Virus record (IMG/VR): IMGVR_UViG_3300020455_000616
Source of the DNA: a virus
DNA length: 64,000 bases
Direction: 5' to 3' (one strand)
A model generated the notes under the pieces. It saw only the letters and a list, made by a program, of their open reading frames with translations. It did not search any database and was not told where the DNA came from. Positions 50,220-57,681 of this stretch are shown here, one piece after another. Positions within the stretch are counted from its first letter, which is position 1, and each line of letters begins with the position of its first letter. Position numbers and translations under genes: made by a program.

Positions 50220-51007
50220 TAGATGACCCTTGTCTTCTCGTGACCGACTCTGATACGAGGATCGCACCAAGTCTCAACGTCTGCTTCTTTGGCATCTAGA
50301 CAGAATGAGACATCTTCGCCACACATGTCTTGTACTTTACCAGACTCAAAGACTTGCATCTTAGGAGCAAACCAAGGATATTCGAGACGTTCAAAGACAC
50401 CCTTACGTATAAGAACCCAACCAAATCCTGTGTAATCGACAGTGAATGGTTTGCGACGTTTGCCCATAGACTCTACAGTCTCATGATTCATAACTCCACC
50501 GTTCTTACGGAAGTCATCTTCATCTAACCAGTGAGCAACTGAGGTAGTGTGTCCATCTTCAGTGGCATACCATCCAGCAGTAATCTCCTTCTCTGGTTGA
50601 GGAACTCCGTCTTTGTCTGGACCAGGTACTGCAAGATCACATAATTGCCAGAACTTCTCTGTGCTGAATACAATGTCACTATCAATCCATAACTGATAGT
50701 CATACTTAAGTTTACCATCCCAAGGTATCTGCTTAGGACCACGTAATACATTTGCTCCAAGACACTTGCAACGTGCAAAGTTAACCATAGAGGAGTAATC
50801 CTGTGATATCTGAATACTCATCTGGTTTTGTACAAGGTCAAAGCATAACTGAACAAAACTCTTTAGGAACTGATAAGAACATCCTCTACCAGGTAAGCAA
50901 AATACTATTGCTTTACCTCGCATACGTTCTTTGATCTCATCATAGTTCCATTCCTCTGCTTTTTTCTTAGTAGGCGCAGCAGCCTTTACCGTAAAACCTT
51001 TTGCCAT
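50219..51007 (-). CDS. Putative GT-A fold glycosyltransferase
   Basis: IVFCLPG first strand, DxD-type motif LWIDSDIVF, TGFGWVLIRKGVFE, GEDVSFC and RVGHEK. Confidence 0.7.
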   Translation of the reverse strand: MAKGFTVKAAAPTKKKAEEWNYDEIKERMRGKAIVFCLPGRGCSYQFLKSFVQLCFDLVQNQMSIQISQDYSSMVNFARCKCLGANVLRGPKQIPWDGKLKYDYQLWIDSDIVFSTEKFWQLCDLAVPGPDKDGVPQPEKEITAGWYATEDGHTTSVAHWLDEDDFRKNGGVMNHETVESMGKRRKPFTVDYTGFGWVLIRKGVFERLEYPWFAPKMQVFESGKVQDMCGEDVSFCLDAKEADVETWCDPRIRVGHEKTRVI

Positions 51008-51030
51008 TGTGGATAATTACCTTCAAGTCA

Positions 51031-51059
51031 ATTTTAACTGTATAAGTCTTATTTGTCAA
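51031..51059 (-). promoter_or_regulatory. Sigma70-type early promoter
   Basis: TTGACA-17 nt-TAAAAT upstream of the glycosyltransferase gene. Confidence 0.8.
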
Positions 51060-51229
51060 TAAGAACCTTCTATAAGTTCATCGTTTATCTCTTCCTCTAA
51101 TTCCTCATAGTCTAACTTATCTGGATGATCTTTAATTTCTTTCTCCCAGTGTTTATGGAATGTCTCTTCAGACACACAGGGGGCAATGCATGTTTCTTCG
51201 TCGTAGATATGATAGATTTTGTCAGTCAT
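51056..51229 (-). CDS. 57-aa acidic hypothetical protein (not in the ORF track)
   Basis: MTDKIYHIYDEETCIAPCVSEETFHKHWEKEIKDHPDKLDYEELEEEINDELIEGSY*. Confidence 0.65.
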   Translation of the reverse strand: MTDKIYHIYDEETCIAPCVSEETFHKHWEKEIKDHPDKLDYEELEEEINDELIEGSY

Positions 51230-51473
51230 AAGATGGAGTTATAAGTTCTCAGAACACATAGTATATATCGACCCTTTTGGGAGGATTTTTTCCCTGAGAA
51301 TTTTTTCATATACATTATAACACACACTCGAATTGTCACCTCTGTAGGTTAGGGTCTCTATCCATTTTTATTTCGCACGGCCGCTTCGCTAATCGGCACA
51401 CGCCCCTAAACCACTGTCAAATAAGACTACTGTCTGTAGGCATGTACTCACGAATGACTACTACGAATAGGCA

Positions 51474-51503
51474 TAAAAAAAACCCCTCCCGTTAGGGAGA
51501 GGC
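51474..51503 (-). terminator. Rho-independent terminator after the winged-helix-like ORF
   Basis: Minus strand CCTCTCCCTAACGGGAGGGG followed by 8 T. Confidence 0.7.
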
Positions 51504-51521
51504 GGTTGCACTCTTCGTGCA

Positions 51522-51770
51522 TTATGCCATAATCAGAGAAGCGAGTCTATCTCTTTTTCTGATTTGGCGAATTGACCAGAGATTACGCTTACCGTTTTTC
51601 TTAGTAGCGTGTAATACACCAGCGTCTTCAAGATCTACCATGAATCCATGAATAGTGCCTTTGTGACGTACTGGGTCTAATCCCATAGTGCGAACCAAAT
51701 CGCTACAAGTTAGTTTGCCATGTTTGATTAAACCTGATCTAATTTTGCAGCGAATGAGTGATGATAACAT
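51522..51770 (-). CDS. Small putative winged-helix DNA-binding protein
   Basis: TCSDLVRTMGL...GTIHGFMVDLEDAGVLHATKKNGKRNLWSI pattern (recognition helix plus wing). Confidence 0.5.
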   Translation of the reverse strand: MLSSLIRCKIRSGLIKHGKLTCSDLVRTMGLDPVRHKGTIHGFMVDLEDAGVLHATKKNGKRNLWSIRQIRKRDRLASLIMA

Positions 51771-51800
51771 AAGGAGCGACCTTGTGATGTGTACCCTTTT

Positions 51801-51833
51801 ATTATAACCAATAAAAAACCCCCTTAGTGGGGG
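51801..51833 (-). promoter_or_regulatory. Terminator/promoter junction
   Basis: CCCCC-ACTAA-GGGGG, then a T-run, then TATAAT at 51801-51806. Confidence 0.7.
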
Positions 51834-51856
51834 TGTTGCCTTATCGTAACATTTAG

Positions 51857-52489
51857 TTATATAAGGTTTTTATGTATCCTGCGATATGCGACCCACGTTA
51901 TCGCTTGAATTTCAGATGCTGTTAGGATTTCGCCTGTCTCACTTTCTGTGATACTTGAGATTTCCATTGCCGCTTTTCTGTAATCATCTTGAATCAATTT
52001 GTATGTTTTAGGAGTCATGTTTGGTACGTCGTTTAGGTTAGTAACAGTACCATTCCATACATTGTAAGCATGCCCATCTATAGTGCAATCAGTTGTTTTT
52101 CCGTTAGTGCTAATATTAGCATAAAAGGATTTTGTCTTTTGCCCTGATAGTATGCCCTTAAGGGTTTCGTCATCACTAACGTTTCCTTCAAGAATAGCAA
52201 TTGCTTTTAACTTTTGCTTACCATAAGTGCTAGGTTTGCACTCGGTTAAGTCTAAGTCATAAGAATTTGCCCTTAGCATCATTTCGGCATCTTCAACATT
52301 TCTATTCCATTTGTTGCTAGGACTTAAGGCACTGATAACGGCACTTACTGTATTAGAGTGAACACCGTATTTTTTGCCTAAAGTGCAAGCGATAGAATAA
52401 GCATTTGAATACCAATTTTTGCCTTTGACTCTATCTACCTTAGAAGAACTAAAGTACATAGCGATTATAGAATCAATGTGACGAGTCAT
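51857..52489 (-). CDS. Conserved phage hypothetical protein (possible DNA-acting helical fold)
   Basis: 210 aa with SALSPSNKW, KTKSFYANI, TIDGHAY and IQAITWV motifs. Confidence 0.7.
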   Translation of the reverse strand: MTRHIDSIIAMYFSSSKVDRVKGKNWYSNAYSIACTLGKKYGVHSNTVSAVISALSPSNKWNRNVEDAEMMLRANSYDLDLTECKPSTYGKQKLKAIAILEGNVSDDETLKGILSGQKTKSFYANISTNGKTTDCTIDGHAYNVWNGTVTNLNDVPNMTPKTYKLIQDDYRKAAMEISSITESETGEILTASEIQAITWVAYRRIHKNLI

Positions 52490-52562
52490 GATTTATTGCT
52501 TAACTATATTAATAATAACATAGCATAGGCACGTTTCCAGACTGTTAACAATACTGTAACAA

Positions 52563-52769
52563 TTAAAAAAGCGATAATTGCATAGTGGTATTTGCTTCTT
52601 TAATATCTGTTATAGTCTCATCATACCAACCGTAATCCGTCGTCATGTCTTCATGAATTCCAGAGTTAAAAAACTCAATTGCCTCTTCTTTGTTTTTTGC
52701 CCTTACGACATAATCACAATAAGTCCAGTGCTTTGCTTCAATATAGAAGTCTTTAGTATCTTCAATCAT
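52563..52769 (-). CDS. Hypothetical protein
   Basis: Likely start MIEDTKDF, with an ATGA overlap to the upstream ORF. Confidence 0.65.
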   Translation of the reverse strand: MIEDTKDFYIEAKHWTYCDYVVRAKNKEEAIEFFNSGIHEDMTTDYGWYDETITDIKEANTTMQLSLF

Positions 52770-52882
52770 AATCCGTACCTTACTGTATTTGCTGACCATT
52801 GTAAACCGTCGGCAACTGTATTTCTAGCAGTTGGATTTTGACATATGATAACCGCTATTAAAGCGATAAGAATTAATTTCAT
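52766..52882 (-). CDS. 38-aa protein with hydrophobic N-terminus
   Basis: MKLILIALIAVIICQNPTARNTVADGLQWSANTVRYGL*; follows a repeat cassette. Confidence 0.55.
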   Translation of the reverse strand: MKLILIALIAVIICQNPTARNTVADGLQWSANTVRYGL

Positions 52883-52883
52883 A

Positions 52884-52959
52884 GTGGGTGAATAGACTCT
52901 GACTTTATTCTAACATAAAAAAAAGACCCCTTAAGAGGTCTTAATAATATTGTTGTAAT
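52884..52959. repeat. 76-bp direct repeat, copy 1 (terminator + promoter + leader)
   Basis: 73 of 76 positions identical to 53069-53144 by manual alignment. Confidence 0.92.
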
Positions 52960-53068
52960 CGGTTAGAGTGTGGCGAGGATAAGGGCAGCGAGCGTAGTAT
53001 TTTACAGGGCATGTAGCGGGTATGCTCTTAAAGCATATATCAACTATTTGTTGTGATGTTAGTTGCAT
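52931..53068 (-). CDS. 45-aa Cys/Pro-containing peptide between the repeats
   Basis: MQLTSQQIVDICFKSIPATCPVKYYARCPYPRHTLTDYNNIIKTS*; its ATG occupies the same position after the repeat as the ATG at 52882. Confidence 0.45.
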   Translation of the reverse strand: MQLTSQQIVDICFKSIPATCPVKYYARCPYPRHTLTDYNNIIKTS

Positions 53069-53144
53069 GTGGGTGAATAGACTCTGACTTTATTTTAACA
53101 TAAAAAAAAGACCCCTTGCGAGGTCTTAATAATATTGTTGTAAT
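53069..53144. repeat. 76-bp direct repeat, copy 2
   Basis: See copy 1. Confidence 0.92.
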
Positions 53145-53236
53145 TAGTCTTGTGATACAATAGCGTCAAGTGTTACTAATAGTTCATGACCATTTTCACA
53201 TTCTGCTAGTAGATCAATCATTACATCAAATGCCAT
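53144..53236 (-). CDS. 30-aa acidic peptide
   Basis: MAFDVMIDLLAECENGHELLVTLDAIVSQD*, located between two terminator/promoter junctions. Confidence 0.45.
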   Translation of the reverse strand: MAFDVMIDLLAECENGHELLVTLDAIVSQD

Positions 53237-53258
53237 TTTAATAAATGCGAGGTTATAA

Positions 53259-53337
53259 TAAAAAAACGGGTAACTGTCACTCAAAGACATCTTACCCGTA
53301 ATAATTGGCAACTGTCACTCAAAGACATCTTACCAAT
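53259..53337 (-). other. Tandem RNA hairpins sharing an identical 25-nt core; the second ends in a U-run
   Basis: AACTGTCACTCAAAGACATCTTACC at 53272-53296 and 53310-53334; the outer stems differ but both pair. Confidence 0.8.
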
Positions 53338-53345
53338 AAAAAGAG

Positions 53346-53495
53346 TTAATCAATTAACTCTTCATACTCACGCCATTGTTTAGCGGAGATGTTTTCCCGT
53401 GGTGCGGATTCGTCAAGCGAGATTCCGAATAGTTCGGTATCATCGGCACTAACATCAAATAGAGATTCGTAGATCTCAGGAGTTAAAGCGTTCAT
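53346..53495 (-). CDS. 49-aa acidic hypothetical protein
   Basis: MNALTPEIYESLFDVSADDTELFGISLDESAPRENISAKQWREYEELID*. Confidence 0.6.
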   Translation of the reverse strand: MNALTPEIYESLFDVSADDTELFGISLDESAPRENISAKQWREYEELID

Positions 53496-53514
53496 AATAA
53501 AAAGCACCTCAAGA

Positions 53515-53544
53515 ATAATAAAACTAGGGAATTGCTTCCCTAGT
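53515..53544 (-). terminator. Terminator after the KTSC-like gene
   Basis: ACTAGGGA/TCCCTAGT stem followed by TTTTATT on the minus strand. Confidence 0.7.
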
Positions 53545-53555
53545 GGTATCCTATC

Positions 53556-53774
53556 TTAAACAGCAGTTAATGTGCCGCTTTTGATAGAATTGTTTACAAA
53601 CCTTCCAACTGATTCGTTAGAAGTAACAACTCTTGATAGAGCAGTTGCAAATGCGTTTAGGTCAGTTAAACCGTAGGTATAAGATCTACCACCGTTAAAA
53701 GTGACTTCAACTGTATCTGCTTTAGCACCTTCTTTGATTGATTCAATCGCTGTGCTTGTGAATGTTGGGAACAT
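53556..53774 (-). CDS. KTSC-like small domain protein
   Basis: STAIESI...VEVTFNGGRSYTY...SVGRFVNNSIK matches the KTSC pattern. Confidence 0.6.
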   Translation of the reverse strand: MFPTFTSTAIESIKEGAKADTVEVTFNGGRSYTYGLTDLNAFATALSRVVTSNESVGRFVNNSIKSGTLTAV

Positions 53775-53843
53775 AACAAAAAAATGTTTTTGGACAATTT
53801 AGGTTTTTTGAACGGGATGCCTAACCCCCGTTTGATATATTCT

Positions 53844-53872
53844 ATTATTGCATGAATTCAGGGATATGTCAA
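53844..53872 (-). promoter_or_regulatory. Sigma70-type early promoter
   Basis: TTGACA-17 nt-AATAAT. Confidence 0.65.
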
Positions 53873-53999
53873 CATGTGCATGTGACGATATTTGAACTGG
53901 AATGTTGAGGCACGGATAACCAACGAATCGGTTTTATAGTGGGTTATTTAAGACGAACCCCTAACCTGCCCCCTATATCTAGACAAAAGTATTTTTGTA

Positions 54000-54254
54000 C
54001 TAGGTATAACTAGCAGCATCCTTGGCAATCTCGTGCCTAGCATTGTCTAGCAATTCTTCAAATAATTCCTCATCGTATTCATCAATCAATTCTTTTAATT
54101 CGATTCCCGAACAATCTCTAGTATGGAAGTCCATCATGCTATCATAACAGTATTGATACATTGTCTTCCAGTCCATACCATCGAGGATAATCTCCGTGTA
54201 TTGTTCTGCAATACTCTCGAATTCATCAGATTTTAAATCGTTAGGATTTGTCAT
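54000..54254 (-). CDS. Acidic hypothetical protein
   Basis: ORF track; ATGA coupling to the upstream ORF. Confidence 0.7.
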   Translation of the reverse strand: MTNPNDLKSDEFESIAEQYTEIILDGMDWKTMYQYCYDSMMDFHTRDCSGIELKELIDEYDEELFEELLDNARHEIAKDAASYT

Positions 54255-54421
54255 TGTACCTCGATAGATTCAATAAATGTGTTACAATAAGTCTCAAGAC
54301 GTGACCTGACCAAATCCTTACTGTATGGGATTTTGTCATCATCTTCACCGACATAATAAAAAAATTGCCCTATGTTTGAGATCAAAGTCTCAAGAGCAAT
54401 CTCGTTCTTTGTGTAACTCAT
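54251..54421 (-). CDS. Hypothetical protein
   Basis: Likely start MSYTKNE at 54421 (ATGA overlap). Confidence 0.65.
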   Translation of the reverse strand: MSYTKNEIALETLISNIGQFFYYVGEDDDKIPYSKDLVRSRLETYCNTFIESIEVQ

Positions 54422-54585
54422 GCTAATAACACCTCCTCGATCTCCCATTCAGATACTGCTTCCGAGATAACTTCATAAGCATTGACGTTTTTATGGACGA
54501 GATCTCTTGCCTCCTCAGCGTCTGGTGCTGTTACGGCGACAGTAAAATAAACTGTCTCGCTGCACATGACATTAAATTCAGGCAT
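54418..54585 (-). CDS. 55-aa hypothetical protein (not in the ORF track)
   Basis: MPEFNVMCSETVYFTVAVTAPDAEEARDLVHKNVNAYEVISEAVSEWEIEEVLLA*. Confidence 0.65.
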   Translation of the reverse strand: MPEFNVMCSETVYFTVAVTAPDAEEARDLVHKNVNAYEVISEAVSEWEIEEVLLA

Positions 54586-54604
54586 TTAATCTCCGTGATA
54601 GTTT

Positions 54605-54800
54605 GGGGGGTGTGGAGTTCGACTTCAAAACTGTCTTTTCAGATGTCCTAGAACATCAGCAGTACAAGAGGTTCGACTTAAAGAGTTTTCCACAGCGTGA
54701 ATCAAAGATCATCTGAATTGTTTTACTCACCCGTGCCTTGCGTCTCACTCCACGATAAGTAGCAGATGTCTGACCGAAGTCTCAGGGATGCCAACTTATA
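54605..54800 (-). ncRNA. Candidate structured ncRNA (possibly manA-class)
   Basis: No credible ORF; TATAAT at 54806-54811; nested complementary segments and a UUCG hairpin. Confidence 0.55.
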
Positions 54801-54850
54801 CATGTATTATAACATAGAATAGAGACTATCTATGATATACTGGTCGAGAT

Positions 54851-55021
54851 TTAACAATCATTTAATGATTGACTGGTCGAGATTTGATCCTTGATACTAT
54901 AATAGATTTTGTACAGTGGATCATCCTTAAGATCAGGATCTTCACTAGATTCATCTATTATCCATTGATAACTATCAAGGATATCTTCAACCTCTGAATT
55001 GGTGAACTTAAGAACTACCAT
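54851..55021 (-). CDS. Hypothetical protein
   Basis: Likely start MVVLKF at 55021. Confidence 0.55.
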   Translation of the reverse strand: MVVLKFTNSEVEDILDSYQWIIDESSEDPDLKDDPLYKIYYSIKDQISTSQSLNDC

Positions 55022-55193
55022 TGACTTCACTAGTATCTTGAATGGTGAACTCAACACCCATATCAAGGTAAAAACCAATGTCCTCTAATTGACAGTTGGT
55101 TAATGTGTCATTCTTTAAGTAGTAGAATGTCACATCATCATCCCTATCGTACTTTGATAGGGATTCGATTAATTTTGATACCTTCATGACCAT
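55008..55193 (-). CDS. Hypothetical protein
   Basis: ORF track; tightly packed with its neighbours. Confidence 0.6.
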   Translation of the reverse strand: MVMKVSKLIESLSKYDRDDDVTFYYLKNDTLTNCQLEDIGFYLDMGVEFTIQDTSEVNGSS

Positions 55194-55423
55194 TGACCCA
55201 TGAGCAAACTCATGAATAAATTGTATTCTCTGTCAGTATAAGGTCTTCGGTCTTTAGGACTAAAATCCTGCCAGTCAGTGCCATCAATTTGGAATGATAG
55301 TTGACCATCTTTAACATACCACCAGAACTGATCATCATCAGATTCATAATGATGTACGTAACCATCATCACCTGTATGTGCGAGGTCGTTATCAAATACG
55401 TAATCAATCATCCAAGTCACCAT
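55184..55423 (-). CDS. Hypothetical protein
   Basis: ORF track; aromatic/acidic composition. Confidence 0.6.
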   Translation of the reverse strand: MVTWMIDYVFDNDLAHTGDDGYVHHYESDDDQFWWYVKDGQLSFQIDGTDWQDFSPKDRRPYTDREYNLFMSLLMGQWS

Positions 55424-55583
55424 AAAACGGGGTGAACTTATCCTGCTCCATGTGATATTTTGTCACTTGAGCGGTGCTCTCATATCCAGAATCCAAATAT
55501 GCTTGAATCTCTTCGCATAGTGAATGTGGATTAACGCCATCATCAGGAGCACATTCGATGATGCATGTGAATTTAAGTTCCAT
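55404..55583 (-). CDS. 59-aa hypothetical protein (not in the ORF track)
   Basis: MELKFTCIIECAPDDGVNPHSLCEEIQAYLDSGYESTAQVTKYHMEQDKFTPFYGDLDD*. Confidence 0.55.
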   Translation of the reverse strand: MELKFTCIIECAPDDGVNPHSLCEEIQAYLDSGYESTAQVTKYHMEQDKFTPFYGDLDD

Positions 55584-55640
55584 TAGATGTCATTCAGGGG
55601 AGATTGTCCCCTCCTGATCGGAGGGGTTTTGGATTGAGGT

Positions 55641-55778
55641 TTAGTTTGATGCAAAAACCTTCTCCCATAATGTATCAAATGCGTCTTGATCCATATGATC
55701 GGGGATGCCAACATCGCCAAGGAATGATAAACATTCTGCGAGGACGATATCTTCTGCATCGGTGAATTCGTAATTCAT
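55641..55778 (-). CDS. 45-aa acidic hypothetical protein
   Basis: MNYEFTDAEDIVLAECLSFLGDVGIPDHMDQDAFDTLWEKVFASN*, downstream of a TATAAT. Confidence 0.6.
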   Translation of the reverse strand: MNYEFTDAEDIVLAECLSFLGDVGIPDHMDQDAFDTLWEKVFASN

Positions 55779-55809
55779 TGAAGATGATTCCTCGGTTGTT
55801 TACTCTTCT

Positions 55810-55843
55810 ATTATACAATAAAAAAGTCCCCTTAGTGGGGACT
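55810..55843 (-). promoter_or_regulatory. Terminator/promoter junction
   Basis: AGTCCCC-ACTAA-GGGGACT, then a T-run, then TGTATAAT; same loop as the 51819-51833 hairpin. Confidence 0.75.
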
Positions 55844-55854
55844 GTAATAAAGAT

Positions 55855-56160
55855 TTAATGATTTGTAACCTTTGCTTCTTGCTGTTGTTTTAAAATGCAG
55901 AGGTGATGAATTGTGAATAGAATGTGGAAGTCCACATCTGACCAGTCATCCCACTCTCCAACATAACCAACAGTGTTTATGTCATATGCATCACCCTTAA
56001 CAAATGATGCAGCAGAACAAAAGTCGTCATTATCATCTAAGAAGAAGTGCATCCCAAAGACTTCGGAAGGCACTGGTTTATGAGATGGTTTGAGCATAGT
56101 CCCAAAGTTTGATAAAATTACGTAACCAAGCATCATGTTCAGGTAAAAAATCCTGCTCAT
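55855..56160 (-). CDS. Hypothetical protein (true start probably near 56072-56097)
   Basis: ORF track; the 5' part overlaps another ORF. Confidence 0.55.
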   Translation of the reverse strand: MSRIFYLNMMLGYVILSNFGTMLKPSHKPVPSEVFGMHFFLDDNDDFCSAASFVKGDAYDINTVGYVGEWDDWSDVDFHILFTIHHLCILKQQQEAKVTNH

Positions 56161-56257
56161 CTGCTGACACCATTGGCAGTTTATGCTTTATAACATAATC
56201 TGCATAGACTTCATGTAAGAAGTCTATCGCATCCATTTGCATTGTGAGTCCCTTCAT
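56078..56257 (-). CDS. 59-aa hypothetical protein
   Basis: MKGLTMQMDAIDFLHEVYADYVIKHKLPMVSADEQDFLPEHDAWLRNFIKLWDYAQTIS*. Confidence 0.55.
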   Translation of the reverse strand: MKGLTMQMDAIDFLHEVYADYVIKHKLPMVSADEQDFLPEHDAWLRNFIKLWDYAQTIS

Positions 56258-56385
56258 GACATAATCCTCTCAAAAAATGTGGTGATCTCAGGAGGTAAAT
56301 CCTCAATCATGCCATTATCTCTAAGAAGATCGTAGAGTTTGATGAGATGATATTGTTCATCCCATGTAATCTCATAGGTGTTCAT
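56254..56385 (-). CDS. 43-aa hypothetical protein
   Basis: MNTYEITWDEQYHLIKLYDLLRDNGMIEDLPPEITTFFERIMS*; ATGA overlaps at both ends. Confidence 0.6.
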   Translation of the reverse strand: MNTYEITWDEQYHLIKLYDLLRDNGMIEDLPPEITTFFERIMS

Positions 56386-56543
56386 AATTGGTTCTCCCAA
56401 ACTGTTGACTTAAAACGCTTAACTGCTTTATCCAGCAGTTTGATGTCTCCGTCGCAAATGTCAGCGGCAGACTCATCCTCTATGTGAGCGAATGAGTTGT
56501 TAATATCTCCGATGAGAGTTAACAGTGCTTCGTAGTTAGTCAT
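56382..56543 (-). CDS. 53-aa hypothetical protein
   Basis: MTNYEALLTLIGDINNSFAHIEDESAADICDGDIKLLDKAVKRFKSTVWENQL*; ATGA overlaps. Confidence 0.6.
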   Translation of the reverse strand: MTNYEALLTLIGDINNSFAHIEDESAADICDGDIKLLDKAVKRFKSTVWENQL

Positions 56544-56707
56544 GCTACGCAAAACTCCCTCATGTAGTAATCACATGTGAGTTCCAAGCGTTCTGCTTCT
56601 AACTCAACTTCAGCAAAGAAGGCATCCATTGCCTTCTTCTCATCTGGTAAATGCTTGTGGATGTTTGCCCAGTTGATCATTACCTTAGCAACATTTAAAT
56701 CTTCCAT
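56540..56707 (-). CDS. 55-aa hypothetical protein
   Basis: MEDLNVAKVMINWANIHKHLPDEKKAMDAFFAEVELEAERLELTCDYYMREFCVA*. Confidence 0.6.
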   Translation of the reverse strand: MEDLNVAKVMINWANIHKHLPDEKKAMDAFFAEVELEAERLELTCDYYMREFCVA

Positions 56708-56730
56708 AGTAAGAATTGTATGTTACTCCT

Positions 56731-56766
56731 ATATGATAACATAAAAAAAGCACCCCGAAGGGTGCT
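56731..56766 (-). promoter_or_regulatory. Terminator/promoter junction
   Basis: AGCACC stem, then a 7-T run, then ATGTTATCAT. Confidence 0.7.
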
Positions 56767-56788
56767 ATGATGAGATAGTAACAATTCG

Positions 56789-57202
56789 TTACGTAGGAAT
56801 TGCAACTCTGTTGTGCTGGCATGGTCGCTTAACTTCGGAGAATTGACCAAAATTATCAGTCTCCCAAGCATCCCATTTACCATCTCTGAAGAGATACGCA
56901 TATTCACCGTCACTCTGCCAGGATAAAAATTCATTGACAGTCTGGTGAAGTTCGGGTGGACAATTCTCACCACGTAAAGAATAATACTGAACGTGTTCAG
57001 GAACTTCCTTTAGATCCCAATTGTGAGTACTCATGCAAGATGACATGTCGCCACCGTCGATGAGTTCACTTGCTTTGTCATAAGAATTAAATGACTTAAC
57101 AAGTTTTTTGCCTAACCCTTCAGGGTATCCATCCCAATGGTGGTATGCGCTAAGTACGCTGCCATCTTCTAGTTGAAGACCAATTCTGGAACGGGTTCCC
57201 AT
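56789..57202 (-). CDS. Conserved phage protein of the H-W-D-G-Y-P family
   Basis: MGTRSRIG...AYHHWDGYPEGLG...ELIDGGDMSS...EYAYLF motifs. Confidence 0.75.
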   Translation of the reverse strand: MGTRSRIGLQLEDGSVLSAYHHWDGYPEGLGKKLVKSFNSYDKASELIDGGDMSSCMSTHNWDLKEVPEHVQYYSLRGENCPPELHQTVNEFLSWQSDGEYAYLFRDGKWDAWETDNFGQFSEVKRPCQHNRVAIPT

Positions 57203-57396
57203 AAGATTCAATTTTGTAGGTACGCTCTTATTATAGCAGCGGGGAACCTACATATGCTCACTCTTAATATAATTGTAATAAACTGAAATATTTAAATCCA
57301 CACAAAAAATTGTCACACTGTCGTGTGGCGATATTGTATTATATGGTACAATGATTGGTTATGTGGTGCGTCCATTCGACGTACCCTTGTGCCAAT

Positions 57397-57681
57397 TTAC
57401 CATTCTGGTTCTTCGTTAACATAGTTAACTGTAGGAGTAGGGATCTCTAGATCCTCTACGTACACTTCTACGTCCTCCGATTCTTGTAAATCGAAGACTT
57501 TAGTGTAGTCTACTTGGCGAGGGTCGAAGTCCCCCATCACACTCATGTCGAGTGTTACACGATAACGTTGCAAATGTACGTCATCATATGCTTTAGTTGA
57601 TCCCATAATGGTGGCAGCATGTGAGATATGATCATTATAACATAACCGCAGCACACTTGGCAAGGCGTGTGTGGTTCTCAT
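57397..57681 (-). CDS. Hypothetical protein (the start may be Met at 57609)
   Basis: ORF track; a TATAAT near 57633-57638 favours the shorter start. Confidence 0.6.
   Translation of the reverse strand: MRTTHALPSVLRLCYNDHISHAATIMGSTKAYDDVHLQRYRVTLDMSVMGDFDPRQVDYTKVFDLQESEDVEVYVEDLEIPTPTVNYVNEEPEW

Noticed and set aside
52884-53337. Possible CRISPR mini-array from the 76-bp and 25-bp repeats
   Set aside because: Only two copies of each; the spacers are 109 and 13 bp; the repeats are explained by terminator/promoter and hairpin structure; no cas genes.
54612-54680. GTTCGA motifs resembling tRNA T-loops
   Set aside because: No cloverleaf or acceptor stem can be built; they belong to the candidate minus-strand ncRNA.
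56695-56973. 92-aa minus-strand ORF overlapping the HWDGYP gene
   Set aside because: Alternate-frame overlap that crosses a terminator/promoter junction.
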